UHGV virus genome: UHGV-0192694
Reading direction: 5' to 3' (one strand)
Source: a virus
DNA: 36,426 nucleotides
How positions within the stretch are numbered: the first letter of the stretch is position 1; each line of letters begins with the position of its first letter. This document shows positions 18,821 through 27,080 of the stretch, piece by piece. The notes below the pieces were generated by a model, which ran no database searches, was not told the origin of the DNA, and saw only the letters and a list, made by a program, of their open reading frames with translations. Position numbers and translations under genes: made by a program.

Positions 18821-19747
18821 CTAGAACTTTTTGTCTTTATAAGCAGGTGCAGTACTACACCGACACCAGTTGTGAATAGGACTTGCATTGATTCCTGGGC
18901 TCATTTCAGAAACCTTATGTGGATTTGCACTTGCTATTCCTATACAAATAGGACAAGCGCTTGGTTCTACAATTAGATTGTATTCTTCATACCCATATTT
19001 TTCGTAGCTTTGCTTTTGTACTTCGCTTTGTATTCTTGCAGATTCACTAATCATTAGCCGACGTGCGACATAATCAGCCGTTTCCTTTCCTCGCAAGCTG
19101 TCAATCACAACTAATCTCCGTAGCTCTCTAGCCAGTACATCTGGATGCTTACCTGCTACTAGCCCAACTGTTAATAAGCGATCGATACTCGCTTTCAAAA
19201 CATCTTGGTTTGCCCACAAACGTTGAGAAAATGTCGCGTTATGAAACGACCCCTCAATAATCGCTTTAGCAAACAATCGATAAGTTTCTTCGGAAAGAAC
19301 AGACTCGCCTAATATCCCCGCTTGTCGTACAAACTCCGCTACAGATTCCTCTGTTAACATTGCTGTAAAATAGATCTGTAGCTGATTAGTGTTGTCTGTT
19401 AAATACAAACCTATTTTCGATTTTAAAAGCTCTAAACGATTAACCTTCATCGTTAAATTGTATAACCTTAATTGCTCGTTAGCTTCTTTTGAAAAATCTC
19501 TTGTTTGTACATAACGTTTCGCTTTTTCCGCGAAAATTTGTACGTCATGTTTACTTGCACGTCGTTTCGCTTCATCAATGCTAATCTTCTCTTTCCCTGC
19601 ATAAGCGACGTAAAACTGTTGAATTTCTGCTTCTATCGTTTTCCATAACTGTAAATACCGTCTATGAATTTCTTGTTCGTAATTCACATGTCGTTTCAGC
19701 ATTTCTTCGATATGTTTTGCTTCTCGTTCCGCCCAATAATTACTCAT
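18821..19747 (-). CDS. minor head / head morphogenesis protein (SPP1 gp7-like) with C-terminal Cys cluster
   Basis: 308 aa after portal; C-terminus CPICIG...NWCRCS looks like a small Zn-ribbon. Confidence 0.6.
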   Translation of the reverse strand: MSNYWAEREAKHIEEMLKRHVNYEQEIHRRYLQLWKTIEAEIQQFYVAYAGKEKISIDEAKRRASKHDVQIFAEKAKRYVQTRDFSKEANEQLRLYNLTMKVNRLELLKSKIGLYLTDNTNQLQIYFTAMLTEESVAEFVRQAGILGESVLSEETYRLFAKAIIEGSFHNATFSQRLWANQDVLKASIDRLLTVGLVAGKHPDVLARELRRLVVIDSLRGKETADYVARRLMISESARIQSEVQKQSYEKYGYEEYNLIVEPSACPICIGIASANPHKVSEMSPGINASPIHNWCRCSTAPAYKDKKF

Positions 19748-21224
19748 GTTCTTCGGTCACTTCTTCCGTATTTCGAGTAAAATTACCGAAATCAACTTGT
19801 GGATTTAAACGTTCTTCCGTTTCTTCGTCCTTTATACGTTCCATTTCTTGAGTTACGTCAGGAACAATCGATAATACGCCTAATTGCGTTTCTCTTGAAA
19901 CAATCCCTTCAAGTTTTTGTGCAGTTTCCGCTTCGTCTTTAATATTGCGCGGAATATTAAAGTCAAAAGTGTATTCTAAATTAAACCATTCCTTAGCTTT
20001 ATTAGCAGGTACATTCGTAGGCAATGAAAAAATCATTTTGTACATTTGCGCATATGCTTTTTTAAACTTCCTAGCTTTCGCTTGTGCTAAATTCCTAGGA
20101 TTTTGCATTTTAAATTCTAGCGAAATCCCAGAAGCGTTATTGCTAAAACTTTCATCGTTTGCATTATAAGTCATAGACATTTGATAAATTAACCGCTCTA
20201 ATCGGTCTAATAGATTTTCTTGTGTTGTATCTGAACTAGGTTTATCTAAAAAATTAATATCTACCGATTCGCCTTCATTTAAAGGCTCGGCGCTGTTAAT
20301 CACTCGGTTATCACGTAAATAGGAAGCGACGTTTTCGTCAGCTAAATCTACCCCTATCATTTTTAAGTAGGCATCCGCAAAATAACTCACGTCGTTCGCT
20401 TTTTCTGATAGAGCTTCATTGTAATTGTTAATCAGCGACCACACAGACTCAATGCGTCCTTGTCGTTCGTCATTTTCCATAAACTCAATCATAGGCACTT
20501 CACCGTACGGATTAGCGATTGCCTCTTTTCCACCTAATAAATAAGACAAGGCTTTCTGAAAAACGGTTGGTCCTCTCTTAGTTTCCAATCGTTTAGAAGT
20601 CTTGTCTTGTGTAAAAATAAACGTTTCTGTGCTATTTTGTGGATAAACAGTTGCTGTTAGCTCGTCCTTTGTCATTTTGTTGTAAAGAACCGCAAACATA
20701 GGCGCTTTTAATAAGTCATCTGCGTAAACAATGAATCCTTGCGTAGGTTTTAAATAAGTCACGCACGTTTCTGCTTCTTCATTTTGATATAAAAGCTTAT
20801 AAGCATGCCCATAAATAGCAGTTAGCTTAGAAAGCTCTGCATCGTTGTCTTCTTCCTCATTTCGTTTACGGAAATTTTGAACAAATTCTTTTACCTCACC
20901 ATCTGGATGAGTAATCTTTGTTGGTTTACCGTTAAAGAAAGCTGCAGAACTATCTACAACATAACGGGCAAAGTTGACTGCAATTCGATGGTCAGGTTTT
21001 CCAATTCCTTTATTTTTTTGATAATAAATATCATGTTGACCGTTGTAGAGCTTTTCTAATTCTTCGTAAAATCCAATTAATTTCCGATGCTTATTGATGT
21101 ATTTATCCACCAAGCGTTCGTCAATCTTTGCATTTTTATCACAATAAAAGACACGATTTCCTAAAAGGTCAACGAATTCACGTATTTTACTTTCAGTATT
21201 TGGTCTACTTACTTTTTCTGTCAT
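19740..21224 (-). CDS. portal protein
   Basis: 494 aa directly downstream of TerL, SPP1-type portal size/position. Confidence 0.85.
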   Translation of the reverse strand: MTEKVSRPNTESKIREFVDLLGNRVFYCDKNAKIDERLVDKYINKHRKLIGFYEELEKLYNGQHDIYYQKNKGIGKPDHRIAVNFARYVVDSSAAFFNGKPTKITHPDGEVKEFVQNFRKRNEEEDNDAELSKLTAIYGHAYKLLYQNEEAETCVTYLKPTQGFIVYADDLLKAPMFAVLYNKMTKDELTATVYPQNSTETFIFTQDKTSKRLETKRGPTVFQKALSYLLGGKEAIANPYGEVPMIEFMENDERQGRIESVWSLINNYNEALSEKANDVSYFADAYLKMIGVDLADENVASYLRDNRVINSAEPLNEGESVDINFLDKPSSDTTQENLLDRLERLIYQMSMTYNANDESFSNNASGISLEFKMQNPRNLAQAKARKFKKAYAQMYKMIFSLPTNVPANKAKEWFNLEYTFDFNIPRNIKDEAETAQKLEGIVSRETQLGVLSIVPDVTQEMERIKDEETEERLNPQVDFGNFTRNTEEVTEEHE

Positions 21225-22519
21225 TAAATAACCCCTTTCACGCTCTGTAGCTTAATTCCTCGTGCTTTTTTACTACGATGTTCTACTGCGTATCGTAAAG
21301 CATCTATCACGTGATTATAGCTATCAATAGGTTCATTGGTGTACTCCCCTGTTTTCTTGTCTTTAGCCCATGTGTAGTTTTCTAATTCCTCAATCAGTTT
21401 TACGCAACGATCGTCTACGATTAGCTCATATTGCAATAAAAAAGAAAGCCCCTGTCGTATTGAATCAGGGCCTTTCTTAGCTGCACGTATTCTAGTAATT
21501 CCGTTCTTCTTGATTTCTGCAATAGATTTCTTTTCAGCTGAATCTGCAGTGATAACTTCTTTTGCATAGCCTAAATCTTTAATAACCGTTGAGATTTCAT
21601 CATTCAGCAAGCCTTTTTTGACGTATTCTTCAAGAACATAAATACGTTTGTTCTTCTCGTCTACCTTTGCATGCACAAAAGCGGAAGGGTCGTTTACATA
21701 CCCAAAGTCTAAGCCAAAATCTGAATCAATCTGTCTTAACAGTTCGTCGTGCTTGTCTAATCGTTTTCTCTGATAGTTTGGAAATACAAGTTTATCTAGC
21801 GTAGCAAATTCTCCTAAAGCATATATGCGATAATACGCTGGGTTTCGTTTGGCTAAATCCTCAATCACCTTTTTATTTTCACTATCAAGAAACCGATTGT
21901 CTTTATAGGTGCTGTGATAAATACCCGTTCTTCGTTGATCGACTTCTGCTTCCTCATCAAAGAAAGATTTATATACCCAGTTCAGTTTAGAAACTGGGTT
22001 AAACATTAAAAAGATTTGACGTTTCACATGCTTACGTTCACGTAAACGCAAAGTAAGCTGTGTATAATCTTCTAGTGTAAATTCTGTTGCTTCTTCCATC
22101 ACGACGTCAGACAGCCCTTTGATGGATTTTATTTTCTCTGGGTCATCCATTCCCTTGAAAAGAAACTCTGCGCCGTTTGGTAACGTGATTCTAAAATCAG
22201 TGTTATTTACTTTACACTTATCTAGCAGTCCCCAATCAGAAAGACACGCTTTCACATCCTCGAAAATAGAGTCTTTTAAGCTACGCCCTACTTTTCTTGT
22301 AAATAAAATCTTTCTTGGTTTCTTCCATCTTTGACATGCTTTAAAAACAACCTTTTGAACGACACCGTGACTTTTGCCAGATGAAGCGCCGCCCCAATAA
22401 ACCTCGGTGAATTTAGAATAATCCACCAATCGATCATAAAACGATTTGTTAAAAACTCTTGACGGGAAGTTAAACTCTAAAACGATATTACGTTTCTTCG
22501 TCTGCATCCCACTCACCAA
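21224..22519 (-). CDS. terL: terminase large subunit
   Basis: Walker A GGASSGKS; 431 aa; overlaps TerS stop. Confidence 0.9.
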   Translation of the reverse strand: MVSGMQTKKRNIVLEFNFPSRVFNKSFYDRLVDYSKFTEVYWGGASSGKSHGVVQKVVFKACQRWKKPRKILFTRKVGRSLKDSIFEDVKACLSDWGLLDKCKVNNTDFRITLPNGAEFLFKGMDDPEKIKSIKGLSDVVMEEATEFTLEDYTQLTLRLRERKHVKRQIFLMFNPVSKLNWVYKSFFDEEAEVDQRRTGIYHSTYKDNRFLDSENKKVIEDLAKRNPAYYRIYALGEFATLDKLVFPNYQRKRLDKHDELLRQIDSDFGLDFGYVNDPSAFVHAKVDEKNKRIYVLEEYVKKGLLNDEISTVIKDLGYAKEVITADSAEKKSIAEIKKNGITRIRAAKKGPDSIRQGLSFLLQYELIVDDRCVKLIEELENYTWAKDKKTGEYTNEPIDSYNHVIDALRYAVEHRSKKARGIKLQSVKGVI

Positions 22520-22931
22520 CCTTAATCACAATATCGCCCGTTTGTAAATCGACTTTATCAGTGAACAGCGCATGACGTTTACCAAGAAGCTCGGCTGCTT
22601 TTAAACGGTCTTTTGCGCCCACATCGATGTCTACAACGGCTTGTGCGCCTTCGCCTACACCAATTAGCGTTGCTTCTTTGTACTCGCCACGCATAACAGC
22701 TGTTAGGTACTCTAGCACCTCTTGGGCATCGGCTGTTCGTTCGTTTTTCAGTTCTGCGAGGCGTTCGTCTATATAAGCTCTGAGGTCAGGTTTAGTCAAG
22801 TTTTCCTGTCCTATCTGCTTTGCAGTCTTTTCGCTATATCCCGCTCTGATAGCAGCCTCTTTGGCATTTCCTGTCTCGATGTAAAAGTCACAAAATCGTT
22901 TCTGTTTCTCGGTCATTCGCATGTTATTCAC
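22488..22931 (-). CDS. terS: terminase small subunit (P27/Terminase_2 family)
   Basis: MTEKQKRFCDFYIETGNAKEAAIRAGYS N-terminal HTH typical of this family. Confidence 0.85.
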   Translation of the reverse strand: MNNMRMTEKQKRFCDFYIETGNAKEAAIRAGYSEKTAKQIGQENLTKPDLRAYIDERLAELKNERTADAQEVLEYLTAVMRGEYKEATLIGVGEGAQAVVDIDVGAKDRLKAAELLGKRHALFTDKVDLQTGDIVIKVGEWDADEET

Positions 22932-23484
22932 CGCCTTTCTGTCTAATAATTTATCACTTCACATACATTTCTATATTCTCTTGTATATGCTTATCTTTCC
23001 AACTACCATAACCACAATAAACTAGCTTGCACGCATCAATTTCCTTCGGCGTGGCTTCTCTCGTCATTTCAACAATAGATGCATTCTTTTTTATCTGCAC
23101 AGACATTACAACACGCATTGAAACAGTTGAGTGCTTCGGATGTGGATATTCATGTGTTAACGATACCTACCAATAGCTTTTCATGTTCTCTCTCCTAATT
23201 GTTTTTATGTATATTTGTTTATTGTAAGACAAACACTTTAATCCCTGTTATACTCATTGAAAGACAGCAACTCCTTTTTGCTTCATGTAACACTTCCAGT
23301 TATTTCAAAACATAATCTGCTGTCTGGCCACTAGATATTTTATCTGGTGGTTCTTCATGTGAAAACAATCCAAATATCCGACAAAACTTGACAGCTGTGT
23401 TACACTTGTTTTAGGTAGCACTCTTTCATAATAGCTAAAGTTCATAAACTACAAGTGACACGAGATTTTCACTAACGCTACCTA

Positions 23485-23515
23485 GCCACTAGATCCCATT
23501 TCTAGTGGCTTTTTT
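23485..23515 (+). terminator. Rho-independent terminator (plus strand)
   Basis: GCCACTAGA/TCTAGTGGC 9-bp stem + T6. Confidence 0.5.
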
Positions 23516-23522
23516 ATGTACG

Positions 23523-23547
23523 AAAAAAGACCACTCACTGAGTGATC
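23523..23547 (-). terminator. Rho-independent terminator ending the two-gene cassette
   Basis: GAUCACUC/GAGUGGUC 8-bp stem (one G-U) + U6 on minus strand, 100 nt after the 4-TM gene stop. Confidence 0.6.
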
Positions 23548-23654
23548 TTTATATCGGCGTGGCAGGAGTTGAATCTGCACAAGCACGCATGCACTATTTT
23601 AAAAATCAACTGACCTCACTAATTGAGCTACACGCTGTTATTTAAAACAAAAAA

Positions 23655-24104
23655 TTATTTTTTTATTTCTTTGTTAATATTTTTGAATAAATCAATAAAT
23701 ATATCCAACATCCCAAAAAGAGATGTTGCTATTAAAGCTAACCATATCGTATATATAAATTGCCAACCCAGTGTTGCAAACATCTCCATAAAAACAAAGA
23801 TTAGAGACATTATCGATGTCAAAAAAAATAAAAAAGAGTCTAACATTATTCTTTCTAATACTTTTACATCAGTTTTTAAATTTTTAAAAAGAGGAGATTT
23901 TTCAGCCATTACCGGGATAAAAGACACTGTAAAAAAAAGAAATGCTGTCGCCAGAGATGCAAATGATAGTACAGCATCTACAGCACGGTTAAATGTTTCT
24001 AATTCATTAGGTTTCATTGTTTTTGGATCTAAATAAAGAAAAAAATGAAATCCTATAAATGCTACAATAAAGATTAAAACTATGTCCTTATTTCTGCAGA
24101 GCAT
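23655..24104 (-). CDS. 4-TM small membrane protein (candidate membrane effector of exclusion cassette)
   Basis: 149 aa, four hydrophobic helices; translationally close (29 nt) to upstream 305-aa gene. Confidence 0.6.
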   Translation of the reverse strand: MLCRNKDIVLIFIVAFIGFHFFLYLDPKTMKPNELETFNRAVDAVLSFASLATAFLFFTVSFIPVMAEKSPLFKNLKTDVKVLERIMLDSFLFFLTSIMSLIFVFMEMFATLGWQFIYTIWLALIATSLFGMLDIFIDLFKNINKEIKK

Positions 24105-24133
24105 CTCACCGTCAACTCCTCTCTTCTTAATTT

Positions 24134-25051
24134 CTATTTCAGATCCAATGCTAAAATCAATTCGTTATCGTTATAAGCTTGTTCTATTGACATTACCATA
24201 TTTTCAATAGTAAGTTTTCCTTGCTTATTTAAGGGAATCTTATCATCAACATAGATTAACCTATTACTAATTAAATCTATTACTTGCTCCCTGTCTCCCA
24301 CTGTCCCTTTCAAAACCAATTTATCTACATCTTCTTTTTTATTTAAAAATCCTTTACAGTAATTGACAACATTATGAATATTTAACTGTCCTGTATAAAT
24401 TATTTTTTCGCGATTTGCTTCTAGCTTTTCTATAATTTTCTGTTCCTTTTTTGCACTTCTTTTGTTATCTTTCAATTCATTTTCATCTACAATTCTATGG
24501 ATTGCAATATCAATCTCATGGATACTATCCATATGGTTGATATTTTCTAAGTCAGTATTATTGATAATCGTAGCTAATTCCCCACCCTGTTTTCTGGTAA
24601 TCCTGTAAAAGAAAGTAACTAACAAATTCTTTCCTATTCCACTTCTATTTCTCGGAATGATAACCACACCTGTTATTGGATTAACCAAAATTACCGTATC
24701 TGTTGTAGGACCTTCATCACTCGTTTCTGCATAAACACTTCTGCCACTTTGAACAGATTTAGAAATGCTGTTTACAATAGCTTCTTTTTCAATATCTACC
24801 TTTGATAGGCTAAATACCCACACATAACCAGTCGATACCTCTATTTTTTTTATATAACTAAATCCTACATAAATATTTTTGGAGCATTTAACGAAGTTTA
24901 CGTTCGATTCTTGATTATTACGTATATATCTATAATATTCATCGATTTTTTTGTCAAGTTCACTCAAATCTGTTATTATGTCACCTTTTACTATACGTCT
25001 ATACTTAAAAAAGTCGTACGATTTGGTAGTTGTTTTCACCATATAAATCAC
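24134..25051 (-). CDS. hypothetical 305-aa soluble protein (candidate sensor of exclusion cassette)
   Basis: No recognisable catalytic motif; C-terminal charged coiled-coil; strong RBS AAGGAG. Confidence 0.6.
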   Translation of the reverse strand: MIYMVKTTTKSYDFFKYRRIVKGDIITDLSELDKKIDEYYRYIRNNQESNVNFVKCSKNIYVGFSYIKKIEVSTGYVWVFSLSKVDIEKEAIVNSISKSVQSGRSVYAETSDEGPTTDTVILVNPITGVVIIPRNRSGIGKNLLVTFFYRITRKQGGELATIINNTDLENINHMDSIHEIDIAIHRIVDENELKDNKRSAKKEQKIIEKLEANREKIIYTGQLNIHNVVNYCKGFLNKKEDVDKLVLKGTVGDREQVIDLISNRLIYVDDKIPLNKQGKLTIENMVMSIEQAYNDNELILALDLK

Positions 25052-25162
25052 TCCTTATAATAAATATCTACTATAATAATAATTAAATCAAAAAGAAATC
25101 AAAAAAACAAGCATTTTCTTGACTTCTTTCTAGTAGATATAATCATAAGGATTACAATTTAT

Positions 25163-25191
25163 ATTATAAAAGAGAACAAACGTTTGGTCAA
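25163..25191 (-). promoter_or_regulatory. sigma-A promoter of the cassette (TTGACC-17-TATAAT)
   Basis: Minus-strand reading: TTGACCaaacgtttgttctctttTATAAT, about 110 nt upstream of the 305-aa gene start. Confidence 0.6.
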
Positions 25192-25211
25192 GTGTAACTA
25201 GTACTTACAAA

Positions 25212-25242
25212 TAAAAAAGAGACACCAGCTTGCTAGTGTCTC
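25212..25242 (-). terminator. Rho-independent terminator after tRNA gene
   Basis: GAGACAC/GTGTCTC stem + U7 on minus strand. Confidence 0.55.
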
Positions 25243-25307
25243 ATCATGAATGTAGTAGAAACATCTATTGACGATACTAATTTTATTTAAGTAGCGATGC
25301 TACCTAC

Positions 25308-25378
25308 TGGAACAATAGGACTCGAACCTATACCGACGTTTTTGGAGACCGCTGCTCTACCAGTTAAGCTATGCCCCA
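25308..25378 (-). tRNA. tRNA-Trp(CCA)-like, prophage-encoded
   Basis: RC folds TGGGGCA-TA-GCTT AACTGGTA GAGC-A-GCGGT CTCCAAA AACGT-CGGT-ATAGG TTCGAGT CCTAT-TGTTCCA; closely parallels Bacillus-type tRNA-Trp; two G-U pairs in acceptor, one G-A mismatch in anticodon stem, no discriminator+CCA encoded. Confidence 0.55.
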
Positions 25379-25615
25379 TTAACACTCACAAACCTGTAGA
25401 AAAAAGAGAGAGGAATTACACCTCATTTCTTTTAGTTTGAGAACGTCTGATTTGTGAGTGATCATTGCAACTTACATAGCGCTATCTTGACAAGTGCTTT
25501 CAGCGTACGTCTACGTGTAAGCTTAATGCCAAGTTTATTGCAATATTTGCTACCTAGACTAAACGAGACAGAAAGAACTGGACTTTCCACATCCTTATTC
25601 TTTATTTTTTTGTAG

Positions 25616-25690
25616 GTAGCCTCCAAAGATAAGCGAAACGGAGCTAAGATAGGTAATGCATGCCTTACCTCGTTTCCTTATCTTTCGACA
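25616..25690. repeat. long nested imperfect palindrome
   Basis: AAGATAAGCGAAACGGAG...CTCGTTTCCTTATCTT outer arms with inner AGGTAA-TGCATGCC-TTACCT. Confidence 0.4.
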
Positions 25691-25719
25691 CTACCATAGT
25701 AACATCTAAATATTGATAA

Positions 25720-25755
25720 AAACCGCCAACTTTCCGCCAAAAAACCGCCAAAAAT
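25720..25755. repeat. three CCGCCAA direct repeats at 11-12 bp spacing immediately after arpU-like stop
   Basis: accgccaactt tccgccaaaaa accgccaaaaa. Confidence 0.5.
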
Positions 25756-25756
25756 T

Positions 25757-26173
25757 TTATCTATAGGCGATTATTTTTCCATTTCGATACGCTTCAGCAA
25801 ATTCAATTAAAGCTTCTGATTTCATACGTTGAATACTTCTTTCAGAATATCCAACTTCTCTAGCAATCTTGTAATTAGAGTAATGATCCTGCACACAAAA
25901 ACTGTAGTGCAGAATTTGTCTACTAGTCAAACTCAAAGCCATAAGTGCAGATAAAATTGCATCTCTTTCTGCTTCTGCATCAGCTAATTGTACCAGTGCA
26001 TCTTCTGTTTTGTTTCCGTGGCTTTGGCTTTTAGGCATTTCTGTAATAATTGGTGATTTTAAATCTATCAAAGAGCGACCAGCTATTCGCTCTAAACGTC
26101 TAAAACTCTTCAACACATTTCTAGCATTCGCTTTTGTTTGTCGAAAATCTACTTCTTTTAACAATAGAATCAA
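25757..26173 (-). CDS. ArpU-family late transcription activator (Alt-like)
   Basis: 138 aa; TTG start with AAAAGGAG RBS; sigma-70 region-4-like C-terminus (YSERSIQRMKSEAL) typical of ArpU/Alt family; located upstream of packaging genes. Confidence 0.7.
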   Translation of the reverse strand: MILLLKEVDFRQTKANARNVLKSFRRLERIAGRSLIDLKSPIITEMPKSQSHGNKTEDALVQLADAEAERDAILSALMALSLTSRQILHYSFCVQDHYSNYKIAREVGYSERSIQRMKSEALIEFAEAYRNGKIIAYR

Positions 26174-26191
26174 GTGAAATCGCTCCTTTTA

Positions 26192-26260
26192 TGGTATAAT
26201 AATTTATAATAAACATATCATCATTTAAGAGTTGCTTAGCGGAAACTAAGTAGCTTTTTT
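26192..26260 (+). ncRNA. short plus-strand transcription unit 1 (extended -10 TGGTATAAT to CGGAAA-loop terminator)
   Basis: TGGTATAAT 26192-26200; hairpin GCTTAG-CGGAAA-CTAAG + T7 at 26233-26260; no ORF. Confidence 0.4.
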
Positions 26261-26295
26261 TATTTATCCAAACATATATAAGAAATGCTTATTCT

Positions 26296-26393
26296 TTGCT
26301 CATCAGCGACTCTATATGATATAAATTATACTAAGAATACTATTCCAATAGCTATTCACTTCTCAGCCAGTCGGCGGAAACCGACTGGCTATT
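26296..26393 (+). ncRNA. short plus-strand transcription unit 2
   Basis: TTGCTC-18-TGaTATAAA promoter-like; hairpin AGCCAGTCGG-CGGAAA-CCGACTGGCT 26365-26390 followed by AUUUAUUUAU. Confidence 0.3.
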
Positions 26394-26588
26394 TATTTAT
26401 CAAAATATTCATCACTCATACATGTTTGTAGTCAACAAATTATTGGTTGACTATAAAGAAAACAATAATAATTCTACAGTATTTTACAATCTTCCATTCG
26501 TTATCTTTCACATCATCTTTATTCATTTGATATTTTCCATCTAATAAATATTTTTGGCATAGAAAGTATTTTCAAATCTATTTTTCAA

Positions 26589-26833
26589 TGGTATAATCAC
26601 TTTAACTTTCTTGGGGATTTTATTTATGAAATAAATTTCCTCCTTTTCTACATTAACTTCTGGTAAACAGTTAATAGTAGTACACGTCTCTACAAGAGAT
26701 TTATTGTCGATTTTTAATCGGCTATTTAATAGCACTTTATTTGGGGAAAGTGCTAACTCACACCTAAAGAACAACTGGCGGAAAACAGTTGTTTCTACCA
26801 CATAAGTCAGCTAGTGGTCAGCTGGCTTTTTTT
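26589..26833 (+). ncRNA. plus-strand transcription unit 3 (about 230 nt structured RNA)
   Basis: Extended -10 TGGTATAAT 26589-26597; internal hairpins GCACTTT-atttgggg-AAAGTGC (26732-26753) and AACAACTG-GCGGAAAA-CAGTTGTT (26770-26793); terminator GTCAGCT...AGCTGGC + T7 (26806-26833); no ORF longer than 2 codons after promoter. Confidence 0.4.
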
Positions 26834-26834
26834 G

Positions 26835-26928
26835 TTGCCTTAAATTTCATAGTAATGTATTATTAATTGTCTCTATCTGAGATGAAAATGTATCTATAAC
26901 TAGCTAGCGGAAACTAGTTAGTTTTTTT
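26835..26928 (+). ncRNA. short plus-strand transcription unit 4
   Basis: TTGCCT-17-TATTAT promoter 26835-26863; hairpin AACTAG-CTAGCGGAAA-CTAGTT + T7 26898-26928. Confidence 0.4.
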
Positions 26929-27080
26929 ATACTATTTTTTATTGGTTTTAAAACTACTTAGCCTTTTTATATAAATGTGAACGTCGAATAATTGAATATT
27001 AAATTCTTTAAATTTAAGCATCTTCTTTACTCGCTTTCTAACCGAATAATTCTCTTTGATCTGTTTACCCGTTTTACCCA

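Noticed and set aside
22950-23110. 50-54 aa minus-strand ORF (MRVVMSVQIKK...CKLVYCGYGSWKDKH) just upstream of terS
   Set aside because: No usable RBS for either candidate start and no recognisable family. Left uncalled.
23655-25051. Assignment of the two-gene cassette to Kiwa (KwaA/KwaB)
   Set aside because: Gene order is reversed (soluble then membrane) and the membrane protein is shorter than KwaA. No motif evidence, so only the generic sensor + 4-TM effector analogy is retained.
26541-26801. 86-aa minus-strand ORF
   Set aside because: Low-complexity sequence. Its 5' end is occupied by two hairpins and it lies antisense to a plus-strand unit with a perfect extended -10 and a terminator. 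Treated as probably non-coding.
26233-26928. Possible CRISPR-like array suggested by repeated GCGGAAA hairpins
   Set aside because: Only the 6-8 nt loop is conserved. Stems and spacing are all different and there is no constant repeat unit, so it is not a CRISPR array.
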